A stretch of DNA of 64,000 bases, taken from assembly GCA_040879785.1 (NCBI GenBank), contig JBBDJR010000004.1, positions 14,778 to 78,777 of the forward strand, given 5' to 3'. The notes under the pieces are model-generated. The model was not told the origin of the DNA. It made no database searches and saw only the letters and a program-made list of their open reading frames with translations. Positions 26,891 through 36,262 of the stretch are shown piece by piece; position 1 is the first letter of the stretch, and each line of letters opens with the position of its first letter. The translations under genes and the position numbers were made by a program. Source of the DNA: Candidatus Pacearchaeota archaeon (GTDB taxonomy: Archaea; Nanobdellota; Nanobdellia; Pacearchaeales; GW2011-AR1).

Positions 26891-28390
26891 TTATTTTATT
26901 TTCTCCAACAATTTAACAACATTCCCCTCTCCAATTGAAAGTATCAGGCTTGCTAATCTAGGTCCTCTTGGCTTATCAATAAGGATTTCATAAGCAGTCT
27001 GGAAAAATTCTTTTGGCTTTATCTCTGTTGCCTGACAAATATTATAAAACTCGTTGAACAGTTCCTCTTCATTAAATTTCTTTGTTGCAAGCGATTCCTT
27101 TAACATAATAAGAGCTTGTTTTTCAGGGTCCGTTAATTCTTTTTTAATTTCTTTTTGCACTTCAAAGGTCATGTCAGGTCCCGCATGTTTCTCAAGCCAG
27201 TTTTTAACTTTCTCTGCTCTTTTTTTTGAATGAAGGTTAAGCTCTTTTGTTTTCTCTGTCTGGACTAGGGTTATTAAATGTCTGAAACTCATTCTTTCAG
27301 GCTTTTTCTCTGGGATTTTTTCAGGAGAGACCTGGGAAAGCTCATAAACTCTTTTTTCTTGTGGATTAACAATGCCTTCAAAATACCTGTGCTCAAGGTC
27401 ATCATAATCTTCATAAATCTTTATTATGTCATTGTCAAAGCTTATTTGGAACCCTTTGTTTGGACGGGTGCTTACAAATATATATCTAAGAACTTCAGGT
27501 TCGTAAACTTTTTCTACGTCATCTAATGAGACTGCATTTCCCGATGAGCTAGAGAATTCTTTGCCTCCCTTTATTCTAACCCAATCATAGAATGTATATA
27601 TAGGGGTCTCGTAATCAAAAACCTCTTTGACAATTTCTTTCGAAGTTGTAAGTGAACCTCCGTGAACACTGTGATCTATTCCTCCCGGCTCGTAATCTAC
27701 ATTTTCATATTTCCATCTCATAGGCCAATCCACTCTCCACTTGACACTGACAATTCCTTTTTTTCTATAGTCTATCTTATTTTTATGTCCACATAAACAT
27801 TCATACTCAATTTCGTAACCCTTGACAGAAGTGATCTTAGTGGAATCCTTTTTGCATTCTTCACAATAAATTGCGATAGGCCACCAATCATTTTTTAGAG
27901 GCTCTCTTCGGTATTTGTTGAGAATCCTCACAATATCGTCCTTTTTTTCAAGCGCGGTTTTTATCAACTCTGTATATTTACATTTTTTATTCATCACATT
28001 CTGTCTTATAAAATCGGGATTTATCCCAACTTTTTTAAGAGATTCTTCGAATTCTTTTTCAAAATATTCTGCGTAACTTAATTTTTTATCAAAAGGTGAA
28101 ATGAATTCACTGAGAGGCATGCCCACATATTTTTCATACTCCTCGGGAACATTCTTTGGCACTTTTCTGAACCTATCATAATCATCCCAGGAGTAAAGAA
28201 ATCTCACATTTTTCCCTTTATTTCTAAGAGCCCTTGCAACAAGATCTGTTGTGATAACCTCCCTAAAATTACCGATATGAATTGTTCCGGAAGGAGTTAT
28301 TCCCGAAGCGCAAATGTACTGCTTTTTGTTTCCTTTTTCCTTGATTATTTCGTCAGCGATTTGATCCGCCCAAAAGAATTTTTCTGCCAT
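26891..28390 (-). CDS. lysK: Lysyl-tRNA synthetase, class I (archaeal type)
   Basis: SGITPSGTIHIGNFREV (HIGN), YSWDDYDRFRKVPKNVPEEYE, SSSSGNAVS (KMSKS-like). Close to archaeal LysRS-I. Confidence 0.8.
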   Translation of the reverse strand: MAEKFFWADQIADEIIKEKGNKKQYICASGITPSGTIHIGNFREVITTDLVARALRNKGKNVRFLYSWDDYDRFRKVPKNVPEEYEKYVGMPLSEFISPFDKKLSYAEYFEKEFEESLKKVGINPDFIRQNVMNKKCKYTELIKTALEKKDDIVRILNKYRREPLKNDWWPIAIYCEECKKDSTKITSVKGYEIEYECLCGHKNKIDYRKKGIVSVKWRVDWPMRWKYENVDYEPGGIDHSVHGGSLTTSKEIVKEVFDYETPIYTFYDWVRIKGGKEFSSSSGNAVSLDDVEKVYEPEVLRYIFVSTRPNKGFQISFDNDIIKIYEDYDDLEHRYFEGIVNPQEKRVYELSQVSPEKIPEKKPERMSFRHLITLVQTEKTKELNLHSKKRAEKVKNWLEKHAGPDMTFEVQKEIKKELTDPEKQALIMLKESLATKKFNEEELFNEFYNICQATEIKPKEFFQTAYEILIDKPRGPRLASLILSIGEGNVVKLLEKIK

Positions 28391-28391
28391 C

Positions 28392-28667
28392 TTAAATATG
28401 CAATATCTTGAAGCTTTTAAAATCTTGGAATCTCTCTTTTTTTTGTGTAACTTTTCTTATTTGCGAGTGTCTTGGACCTTTTCCTGAAATTTCTATCATT
28501 TTATTCACATTATCTACATTCCCTTCAAGGAAAACTTCTACACGGCCGTCTTCAAGATTCCTTACAAACCCTTTAACATCATACCTCTCCGCATTTTCCT
28601 TGATAAATGCTCTATAAAATATCCCTTGTACTGTTCCTTCAATATAAAGCCTCACAGATTTTTTCAT
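28392..28667 (-). CDS. acyP: Acylphosphatase
   Basis: 91 aa. VRLYIEGTVQGIFYR...GFVRNLEDGRVEV. Confidence 0.8.
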   Translation of the reverse strand: MKKSVRLYIEGTVQGIFYRAFIKENAERYDVKGFVRNLEDGRVEVFLEGNVDNVNKMIEISGKGPRHSQIRKVTQKKERFQDFKSFKILHI

Positions 28668-28719
28668 AAAAATATATAGGAAGGGGGATTTATTAAGTTT
28701 TATCCACAGAAAAAAGAAT

Positions 28720-29310
28720 CTAAAGACCTCTCAAATCAAGTTCGTTATTAAGGATCGTAATTGTTTGGCTGGCGAAATATGTTTCCGGACCGACAGAAAC
28801 AAGCTTAGCGGTTTTTTTAAGTCGCTTTAGTTCTTTTTTTGGAAGCCCGTCATGGTCTCCTATTATAAAAACACTATCTCCAGAAATTTCCACATCTCTT
28901 AAATTATTCCCTTTTTCATCAAGGATAAATATTTCTTTACTTTCTTTTCTAAGTTCCTCAACAACATCAAGAAAACTTTTCTTTTCTATGAAACATCCCG
29001 GGACAACTTCAACTTTTTTCCCATCTTTATGTTTGTAAAGGATTTTCTTCAAAAGATTCCCCATATCTTTTTTGCTCAGTTCTGTTTCAGGACTGACCCG
29101 AAGTTCTATGTGTTTCGGAGGGTCCGGCATTCCATAAAATATTAGATGGAGAACAACATTATCTCTTAATTTGTTTGAAACGAAAAAAGAATTTATTATT
29201 GTGTGAATAGCGATGTCTATCCTGCCGGCTTTCATTAAATCCACATTTTTCCCGGATAACGCCTTTCCCGACGTCTGGGCTGTCGATGAAAAGTATATGA
29301 AGTGTCTCAT
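28720..29310 (-). CDS. trmY: SPOUT-family tRNA (pseudouridine54-N1)-methyltransferase TrmY-like
   Basis: MRHFIY...GRIDIAIHTI..., FIIGDHDGL, SVGPETYFASQTITILNNELD match the COG1901/TrmY pattern. Confidence 0.6.
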   Translation of the reverse strand: MRHFIYFSSTAQTSGKALSGKNVDLMKAGRIDIAIHTIINSFFVSNKLRDNVVLHLIFYGMPDPPKHIELRVSPETELSKKDMGNLLKKILYKHKDGKKVEVVPGCFIEKKSFLDVVEELRKESKEIFILDEKGNNLRDVEISGDSVFIIGDHDGLPKKELKRLKKTAKLVSVGPETYFASQTITILNNELDLRGL

Positions 29311-30212
29311 TTTAAATTGATTGGTTGCAAGACAAATTCAGGCCTCGCGAATATTTCACCTTCTGATGTAACTTTATAGATCCCTATAAATGTTTCTCCT
29401 GAAAACGCACAGAATTTCTCAATATCTTTAGCCTCTTTTTTGCCCTTTAAGAATTCGTAATGGAGCGGGCTTCCGTGAAGGAGTTTGTCTGCATACTTCT
29501 CCTTGACCTGAACAACAGGATATAATTCTGTAATAATTTCCCCCGGAATAATTATTTCTCTAAGAGGTTTTTCATCACCTTTTTTGAAAGACTCAATAGC
29601 TTTTTCTAAATCATAAAGATTCACAGAAGGGTATTCTTTATCGTCTTCATTAAAAATCCCTGCTCTCACACGACGAAGCTCAAGCATATGCGCCCCGGTT
29701 TTAAGATAATCTCCGAGGTCATGTACTAGTTTTCTTATATAAGTCCCGCCGGCACACACAACTTTAAATAAAATATTCTGCCCATCTTTCTCAATAATTT
29801 CAAAACTCTTTATTTCCCTTTCTCTTTCCTGTCTTTTAACTCTTGACTTAACGGGTGGCAACTGTGTTATCATTCCTGTAAACTTTTCCGCTATCGCTTT
29901 ATTAATATCTCCAATACTAACTTCCTTGTGTGTTCTCATTATCCCAACATATTCTTTATCTTCACCTATAAAAAATCCTGTGAGTTTGCACGCCCTGTTT
30001 AAAGCAACAGGCAAAACCCCTGTAACCTTGGGATCCAGAGTCCCAAAATGAGAAGTCTTTCTGGCTTTGATTCCTGCCGAATTTAACGTTTTCCTAACTA
30101 AATCAGAAACGTTAAAGCTTGTGGGACCCGAAGGCTTATCAATATTTAAAATTCCAAACTCTAAGAGATCTTCAGTAGTTTTATTTTTCTTTATTTTTTC
30201 TTTATTTACCAT
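29307..30212 (-). CDS. cbf5: tRNA/rRNA pseudouridine synthase Cbf5 (H/ACA RNP catalytic subunit)
   Basis: GILNIDKPSGPTSFNV, KTSHFGTLDPKVTGVLPVAL (TruB motif), C-terminal PUA-like region. Confidence 0.8.
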   Translation of the reverse strand: MVNKEKIKKNKTTEDLLEFGILNIDKPSGPTSFNVSDLVRKTLNSAGIKARKTSHFGTLDPKVTGVLPVALNRACKLTGFFIGEDKEYVGIMRTHKEVSIGDINKAIAEKFTGMITQLPPVKSRVKRQEREREIKSFEIIEKDGQNILFKVVCAGGTYIRKLVHDLGDYLKTGAHMLELRRVRAGIFNEDDKEYPSVNLYDLEKAIESFKKGDEKPLREIIIPGEIITELYPVVQVKEKYADKLLHGSPLHYEFLKGKKEAKDIEKFCAFSGETFIGIYKVTSEGEIFARPEFVLQPINLK

Positions 30213-30327
30213 TTTTGATTATAAGAGAGAGGGTTTATATAAATAATTGTCTGGATTGAGAACAACAATTCAATTTAAATTTGGCTGTTTTTAAAGATTT
30301 TAAAATGCTTAATTTTATTAATTCTGG

Positions 30328-30999
30328 ATGAAAATGGTTAGTATGGAATTTCAAAAATACAATATTACTGATAAAATTTATCTCTTAGTTTTCGAGAAGC
30401 AGAAAGACTTGGGAGAGACTTTTGTAAGATTTCAAGAGCATTATGAGTCTCCTGAATTTGCAGGAAGGATTTTTTCTCTGGAGGAATATAAAGATTGGTA
30501 TATTAAGAATATGCCAAATGCTAGAGAGAAAAGCAGGTTTACATATTATGAAGACTGGAATGGTTTTAATATTCCTTCTTATGTTATGAGGTCTTTTTAT
30601 GAAGGGAGATTCAACCCTCTTTCTGAAAAAGAACAAAAGATACTCGACTTATTTAGAAATGAAGAAGAACCTTTTTACATAATCGGGACGAATAAAGAAG
30701 TTGAAGATTTGGAAGGATATTTAAGACATGAAACTGCCCACGGTTTATTTTATACAGACAAAAAGTATCGGGATAAGGTTTTGAAAATTATTTCCGAATT
30801 TGACACTAGCAAAATGGAGAATGAATTAGTGGAACAAGGATATCATACAGAAGTCTTGAAGGATGAAGTTCATGCTTATAGTATAGATTATGAAGACAGT
30901 TTGAAAAATTGTCTTACTAAGGAAGCGAGAGAAATATTAAGAGAGGTTTATAAGGAATATCTAAAAAAGAACAATGCTTCATTTCCAGAGATAAAATGA
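30328..30999 (+). CDS. Hypothetical protein with HExxH motif
   Basis: 223 aa with LRHETAHGLFYT. No further assignment. Confidence 0.4.
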   Translation: MKMVSMEFQKYNITDKIYLLVFEKQKDLGETFVRFQEHYESPEFAGRIFSLEEYKDWYIKNMPNAREKSRFTYYEDWNGFNIPSYVMRSFYEGRFNPLSEKEQKILDLFRNEEEPFYIIGTNKEVEDLEGYLRHETAHGLFYTDKKYRDKVLKIISEFDTSKMENELVEQGYHTEVLKDEVHAYSIDYEDSLKNCLTKEAREILREVYKEYLKKNNASFPEIK

Positions 31000-31607
31000 G
31001 CCCTAAAAAAGCAATAAAGCAGTTGAAAGAATTGGAGAAAGAAGGTAAGACTATGAGGCTCGCCGCAGAGGCTTGGAAAAATGATTACGAAACACTTGTC
31101 TCCACCATCTTGTCTGCTCGCTCTTTAGACGAGATAACTATAAAATACTCAACGATTTTATTTGAGAAATATCCGACTCCTGAAGCCCTTTCAAAAGCGT
31201 CGGTAAGCGAAGTTGAGAAAATAATATTTCCTATAAACTTTTATCAGAACAAATCCAAATATATAATAAACTGTGCAAGAAAACTGGTAGAGGTTTACAA
31301 AGGCAAAGTACCACACGATTTTGAGAAGTTGATTGAACTGCCCGGAGTGGGAAGGAAAACCGCGAACGTTTTTTTGTCTCAAACGGGAAAAGACGCTATT
31401 GGCGTAGACACTCACGTTTCATACATCTCACAAAAACTCGGCTGGACGAAAAACGAGAATCCTGACAGAATTGAAGAAGACCTGAAAAAAACCTTTCCTG
31501 AAAAATACTGGAGTAAAGTCAATCCTACTCTCGTAAGATTTGGAAAGACACATACAAGCAGAAGAAAAAAAGACGAAATTTTAAAGGAGATTAAGAAGGT
31601 AAAATGA
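30996..31607 (+). CDS. nth: Endonuclease III-like HhH-GPD DNA glycosylase lacking the Fe-S cluster
   Basis: LVSTILSARSLDE, LPGVGRKTANVFL...GVDTHV. The C-terminus has no C-x6-C-x2-C-x5-C motif. Confidence 0.6.
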   Translation: MSPKKAIKQLKELEKEGKTMRLAAEAWKNDYETLVSTILSARSLDEITIKYSTILFEKYPTPEALSKASVSEVEKIIFPINFYQNKSKYIINCARKLVEVYKGKVPHDFEKLIELPGVGRKTANVFLSQTGKDAIGVDTHVSYISQKLGWTKNENPDRIEEDLKKTFPEKYWSKVNPTLVRFGKTHTSRRKKDEILKEIKKVK

Positions 31608-32041
31608 AAAATAAAAACCTAAAGATTTATTTTGCAGCCTCAATAAGAGGTGGAAGAGGCGATTCAGATTTGTACAAGGAATTAATCGATTACTTGAAAG
31701 GATTTGGTGAAGTTTTGTCAGAGCATATTGGAGATAAATCATTGACTCAAAAAGGGTCTAAGGGTTCTGAGAGAGGTATTCACGATGAGGATTTGAAATG
31801 GTTATTTATGTCAGATGTTGTAGTAGCAGAAGTTACCAATCCTAGTTTGGGGGTTGGATACGAGATCAGGGCAGCATTGGAGAAAGGAAAGAAAATATTG
31901 ACACTTTACAGGTTATCTGAAGGCAAGAAACTTTCTGCTATGATAAAAGGCTCTCCAGAGGTAGATAATTTTAACTATAAGGATGTAGAAGAAGCTAAAT
32001 CAATAATAAGGAATTATTTTGAAAATGAACTCCATAATTGA
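31604..32041 (+). CDS. DNPH1/Rcl-like 2'-deoxynucleoside 5'-phosphate N-hydrolase (nucleoside 2-deoxyribosyltransferase superfamily)
   Basis: IYFAASIRGGRGD ... DVVVAEVTNPSLGVGYEIRAA. Confidence 0.55.
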   Translation: MKNKNLKIYFAASIRGGRGDSDLYKELIDYLKGFGEVLSEHIGDKSLTQKGSKGSERGIHDEDLKWLFMSDVVVAEVTNPSLGVGYEIRAALEKGKKILTLYRLSEGKKLSAMIKGSPEVDNFNYKDVEEAKSIIRNYFENELHN

Positions 32042-32651
32042 ACTAATTGAAAAACTTAAGAACGAGCCCGTGAGCGAAACAATAAGTCAGAGGATGAAAG
32101 AATTTGAAGATCTCGGCAAAAAACATTCCAATGAGATTTTCAAGGAACTTTGTTTCTGCCTCCTTACAGCAAACTTCAGCGCGGCAGGAGGAATAAAAAT
32201 TCAAAACGAAATCGGAGACGGGTTTTTACATCTAACCGAAAAAGAACTTGCAACAAAACTTTCAGATCTGGGCCACAGGTTTCCTAACGCAAGAGCAAAA
32301 TATATTCTTGAATCACAAAAGCACAAAGATAATTTAAAAGAAACTCTCACTTTTTTAAAGGATGACGAAGAAGCTCGAGACTGGCTCATCAAAAACATAA
32401 AAGGACTCGGAATGAAAGAGGCCAGCCATTTTTTAAGAAACATAGGGTACAAAAACGTCGCAATCCTTGATTTTCATATAATTGACCTTCTTGTAGGCGA
32501 GGGCATCATAGAAAGACCGAAGACACTAACTCCAAAAAGATATCTTGAAATTGAAAATTCCTTAAAAGAGTTGTCGGAGAAAACACAAATTCCCTTAGGA
32601 GAACTTGATTTATATCTTTGGCACCACGAAACCGGGAAAGTTTTGAAATAG
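32019..32651 (+). CDS. ogg: 8-oxoguanine DNA glycosylase/AP lyase (archaeal Ogg2-type, HhH-GPD)
   Basis: GLGMKEASHFLRNIGYKNVAILDFHI, the HhH-GPD motif. Size and pattern match N-glycosylase/DNA lyase. Confidence 0.6.
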   Translation: MKMNSIIELIEKLKNEPVSETISQRMKEFEDLGKKHSNEIFKELCFCLLTANFSAAGGIKIQNEIGDGFLHLTEKELATKLSDLGHRFPNARAKYILESQKHKDNLKETLTFLKDDEEARDWLIKNIKGLGMKEASHFLRNIGYKNVAILDFHIIDLLVGEGIIERPKTLTPKRYLEIENSLKELSEKTQIPLGELDLYLWHHETGKVLK

Positions 32652-32706
32652 CTACGTAAAAGTTTATAAACCCTTTAAGACAGTTCTAACAGTTAAATTT
32701 CTTAAA

Positions 32707-33372
32707 ATGAGAAAAAGATTCAAAACTATCAAGTATGCTGCAATTCCTTTTTTAGTTGGGGCTCTAATATTCAATGGTCCAACAAACAAGGAGAATTTCG
32801 GAAAAGTATTAGATGATAAGATTATTGAACCCTTAAGTCTAACAGCAGTTGATGTGAAAGATGCTTTAGAATATAAGCTAGACCTTAACAATCCTCCAGA
32901 AAGAATCTCTGAAACATTACGAGATGTTTATGAAAGTATATCCATTCCGAAACCAGATTATTTTAATAAAGAATTCATCAAAGAAATTATAAGGGTTGAG
33001 TCAGGATTCGATTCTAATGCAGTAAGCAACAGAGGTGCAAGAGGGTTGATGCAACTTATGGAAGGAACGTTTAAAGAGAGAAGCCGGGAAATATATGATA
33101 AATCTCTTTCATTTGACAAAGCTTTTGATCCTGAGGTAAATATTCGTGTCGGAATACATCATCTTTTGTGGATAAATCAATATGCTGAGAGAAGGCATCC
33201 TCAATGGAATGAACTAGATAACTATGAAAAAATGAGGGCAGTAAAATCAGCTTATAACGCAGGCGCTTTTAGAATGGCTAGTAGAGATTGGGATATTAAG
33301 AGAGCTCCTCTTGAAACAAGAAGATATATAGATAGGATTGAGAGAGGACTAAAAGGTCAGTTTGATTTATAA
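32707..33372 (+). CDS. Secreted lytic transglycosylase (SLT domain, lysozyme-like)
   Basis: Signal/TM at the N-terminus. EIIRVESGFDSNAVSNRGARGLMQLMEGTF and AYNAG are the SLT catalytic motifs. Confidence 0.7.
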   Translation: MRKRFKTIKYAAIPFLVGALIFNGPTNKENFGKVLDDKIIEPLSLTAVDVKDALEYKLDLNNPPERISETLRDVYESISIPKPDYFNKEFIKEIIRVESGFDSNAVSNRGARGLMQLMEGTFKERSREIYDKSLSFDKAFDPEVNIRVGIHHLLWINQYAERRHPQWNELDNYEKMRAVKSAYNAGAFRMASRDWDIKRAPLETRRYIDRIERGLKGQFDL

Positions 33373-33375
33373 GAA

Positions 33376-33972
33376 TTATTTCTTCAGAGCCTTCCTCTGC
33401 TGCTGCTTTGGTTGCTTAGACATTTTCGTCTGATGCTTAGACATCTGAGCCGCTTTCTTGGCCTGCTCTTTTCCTGCCTCAACTACCGAAGCTTTTTTCT
33501 CTTCTTTTTCTTGCTGAGTTTCAGGCTCTTCCTTTTTACCTTCTTCACCTGATTTTTCTTTATCTTTAGATTCTTCTTCAGGCTCTTCCGGTTTCTTTTC
33601 TTCTTTCTTTTCCAAAGATTCTAATGACTTTTGTTTTCTCTTATCCAGCTTGGCCTTTCTGAATTTGATCTTGTCAGGGAAATCCATAAGCTCAACCCTA
33701 ATCACATCTCCTTCTCTAAATGCTTTTACCTTAACTCTTGCAGGAGGATTCTTTATCCCTCTCATCCATAAAAAATTGTTAAGATATGTATCAAGCTTAA
33801 TTTTGTTTAGATCCCTGTCGCGAATTTTCATATGCCTGGCAAGAAACTCTTTCACAGCTTTAACAGCCTTATTGGTTTTCTTATATCTAGCTTCCTTAAT
33901 CCATTTACTTCTAAGAGGAATTGTATATTCTCTTTCTTCTCCCTTAGTTTCTTGTTTTTTTTCTTCCGCCAT
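33376..33972 (-). CDS. rpl31e: Ribosomal protein L31e with long K/E-rich C-terminal extension
   Basis: EREYTIPLRSKW...AVKAVKEFLARHMK...LNNFLWMRGIKNPPARVKV, then ~75 aa of K/E-rich tail. Confidence 0.8.
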   Translation of the reverse strand: MAEEKKQETKGEEREYTIPLRSKWIKEARYKKTNKAVKAVKEFLARHMKIRDRDLNKIKLDTYLNNFLWMRGIKNPPARVKVKAFREGDVIRVELMDFPDKIKFRKAKLDKRKQKSLESLEKKEEKKPEEPEEESKDKEKSGEEGKKEEPETQQEKEEKKASVVEAGKEQAKKAAQMSKHQTKMSKQPKQQQRKALKK

Positions 33973-33991
33973 TTTATATTATAATTTTCAA

Positions 33992-34195
33992 TTACCCAAA
34001 ATGAGATTTTTTCTGTTTTCTTGGTTTAATATGCAGTTTTGTTCTCTTCCACGATCTTCTGTTTTGTGTCATAGCAGACGGATGCACTTTTTTCCCAACC
34101 CCATATTTTCTTAAAACAGCCCATACCGGAGCCCATTTCGTCTGCTTTCCCTTCTTGGAAAGTCTTGATTTTTTATCCTTATTTTTTATGCCCAT
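33992..34195 (-). CDS. rpl39e: Ribosomal protein L39e
   Basis: 67 aa. KKSRLSKKGKQTKWAPVWAVLRKYG...RRSWKRTKL. Confidence 0.8.
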   Translation of the reverse strand: MGIKNKDKKSRLSKKGKQTKWAPVWAVLRKYGVGKKVHPSAMTQNRRSWKRTKLHIKPRKQKKSHFG

Positions 34196-34196
34196 C

Positions 34197-34646
34197 TTAT
34201 TTTATACTCTCCATGAATTTTTTACCTTTCTCTGTAATCTGTCTTCCGGGTCTCTTGCTTCTTACCCCTTTGATATCTTTAGCAATTTCTGTGAACTCCG
34301 CCTTATCAGATTGCTGTAAAATACTTCTTATTATCTTTCCTCCACTTTTTCTAAACTTTTCAGGTCTTGCCCCTCTCTCTTTCTTGCTTCCATATCTATT
34401 TTTTAGTCGATTAACTCCAACGATTTTTCTTTTGTAAACTTGCCTCAGAATACTTGCAGCTCTTTTATACCAAAAATCTTCATCGTCAATCGGCCTCGAT
34501 TTTCCGGAGCCGGACTTAACAAACTCAATCCAGGCAGGCTTCTTAAATTCAGGGATTTTTTTTAGAGCCTCTGCTAACTTAAGATTGTAATCTTGGCTTT
34601 CTAAATCATAAATAGGATTTTTTATATTTTCCATTTTTATTAACAA
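34197..34646 (-). CDS. rps19e: Ribosomal protein S19e
   Basis: YDLESQDYNLKLAEALKK...PAWIEFVKSGSGKSRPIDDEDFWYKRAASILRQVY...RLKNRYGSKKERGARPEKFRKSGGKIIRSILQQ. Confidence 0.8.
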   Translation of the reverse strand: MLIKMENIKNPIYDLESQDYNLKLAEALKKIPEFKKPAWIEFVKSGSGKSRPIDDEDFWYKRAASILRQVYKRKIVGVNRLKNRYGSKKERGARPEKFRKSGGKIIRSILQQSDKAEFTEIAKDIKGVRSKRPGRQITEKGKKFMESIK

Positions 34647-34726
34647 GGCACATCTCTCGATGTTAGAATTTTCAATACTGAAAATTTACCTAATCCAATG
34701 CCGATGATTCAGTTTATAAATTTATC

Positions 34727-35020
34727 TCATTGGCTAAAATTTCTATAATGTTCTTCAGAAGCTACCTGAATTGCATATTGAATGCTTTTTAGATCTATAT
34801 CACTAAGCCCGCGTCCGAAGTCTTTTTTGGATTGAATGTGTCTTATTAACTTATTAGGATCTTTTGAGATACTTTCTAACTCTTCTTTTTTAAACTGAAA
34901 AGATGTTCTATCCCTACTGATCCCATTATCTCGAGGGTTAATTGAAATGTCATACAAATCTCTTCTTCCATCATAAAACACTAGTGCCTCCCCTATCTTA
35001 TCTACATAACACCCATCCAT
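34727..35020 (-). CDS. Hypothetical protein
   Basis: 97-aa ORF, no recognisable domain. Confidence 0.35.
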   Translation of the reverse strand: MDGCYVDKIGEALVFYDGRRDLYDISINPRDNGISRDRTSFQFKKEELESISKDPNKLIRHIQSKKDFGRGLSDIDLKSIQYAIQVASEEHYRNFSQ

Positions 35021-35083
35021 AACGAAGAAACAAAATTTCGTTTTATAATGTTTTATATAATCAAAGATATATTTTTACTGAGC

Positions 35084-35329
35084 TTATTCTCGCATGGACT
35101 TTCTCCACTTTTTTAGAAAAATTGAAAACCCGACAATTTTCGAAGTATAGTTCTTCCCTAATTTTTCAAGAATTTCTTCATTAAATTTCTTAACTTTCTC
35201 TCTGTCATGCCCCGCGCCCTTCAAAACACTAACCTTAACGTTTGCGTGTCTATCGAAGTGGCTTCTAAGTGTTTCAATGAAATTACTTGTTAATCCGTTT
35301 TTTCCTAGTTGTACTGTTCCTTGTGTCAT
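35084..35329 (-). CDS. CRS1/YhbY (CRM-domain) RNA-binding protein
   Basis: VQLGKNGLTSNFIETLRSHFDRHANVKVSVLK...EEILEKLGKNYTSKIVGFSIFL. Confidence 0.6.
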   Translation of the reverse strand: MTQGTVQLGKNGLTSNFIETLRSHFDRHANVKVSVLKGAGHDREKVKKFNEEILEKLGKNYTSKIVGFSIFLKKWRKSMRE

Positions 35330-35387
35330 TATGTTTGCCTCCGTGATTTACATAGTGATGCAGTGAAAATATTTGATTTACTCTGTG

Positions 35388-35765
35388 TCATTTTTTCTCC
35401 CTCTCAAACTTCAAAATATCTCCTTTTTTAACTTTAATCTTTTTTGATTTTTTAACCTTCCAGCTTCCTGGCTTTGAGAACCATGGCTTTGAAATATCTT
35501 TTCCTGTAAAAACATTCAACTCTACATCTTTTTTCTTATCACGCCAGTCCTGGCTGTACTTTGCAACGATTACTCCTGTCCCATAAATTTCTTCCTTTGT
35601 CGGTTTTATTTTTTCAATAACTCCAAAAGGACTCCCGGGAGATTCTGTATGAAGAATTGTATTATTTTTTCCTTTGAATTTCTTCATTAATTCATCGTTG
35701 CTTTCAGAATCTTTCCCAAGAAAAACCCTGGTTCCTGATTTTAATTCAAAATTTCTAAACACCAT
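35388..35765 (-). CDS. NFACT-R (DUF814) RNA-binding domain protein
   Basis: LHTESPGSPFGVI ... GVIVAKYSQDWRDKKKDVELNVFTGKDISKPWFSKPGSWKV matches the DUF814 pattern. Confidence 0.5.
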   Translation of the reverse strand: MVFRNFELKSGTRVFLGKDSESNDELMKKFKGKNNTILHTESPGSPFGVIEKIKPTKEEIYGTGVIVAKYSQDWRDKKKDVELNVFTGKDISKPWFSKPGSWKVKKSKKIKVKKGDILKFEREKK

Positions 35766-35796
35766 GTTAAAAGAAGCAAAGATTAGTTTTTATATC

Positions 35797-36246
35797 TTAT
35801 TTAATTTTATTTTTCAACCAGTCATCAACCAATTTCAAAGATTTTTTCTGGTTTTCCCATTTGACCATTTCAACAGCTTTCTTGAAACCCGTCCATTTAT
35901 AATCTGAATGCTCCCTTACATCAATATTTATTCTTCCTCCTTTAGGCTTCTCAACTTCTGCCGCATATAGGGAAAATGTCTGACCCTTGAATCCAGGACG
36001 GTCAGGATATATTTTCTTGTAATTATATTTTCCAGAAAAATCGAACCCCTTTATCTTAATCGGTTTTAACCCTGTTTCTTCTTTAATCTCACGTTTTACT
36101 GCATTTCTTTTTGTCTCAAAAAAGTTCATTCCTCCTTTCGGAAATTCCCATCCTTTCCAATGAAGTTTTCTCCTTAAAATTAAATATTCAATTCCTTTCT
36201 TTGTTTTTGAATACGTCACGATAAAAATTGCTTTTCTGTATTTCAT
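35797..36246 (-). CDS. NUDIX hydrolase
   Basis: Nudix box GGMNFFETKRNAVKREIKEETGL. Confidence 0.8.
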   Translation of the reverse strand: MKYRKAIFIVTYSKTKKGIEYLILRRKLHWKGWEFPKGGMNFFETKRNAVKREIKEETGLKPIKIKGFDFSGKYNYKKIYPDRPGFKGQTFSLYAAEVEKPKGGRINIDVREHSDYKWTGFKKAVEMVKWENQKKSLKLVDDWLKNKIK

Positions 36247-36262
36247 TCTATCAGTCTTTTAT

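Noticed and set aside
26891-28390. Arginyl-tRNA synthetase (first impression from the HIGH region)
   Set aside because: The YSWDDYDRFRKVPKNVPE block and overall N-terminal pattern match archaeal class I LysRS, not ArgRS.
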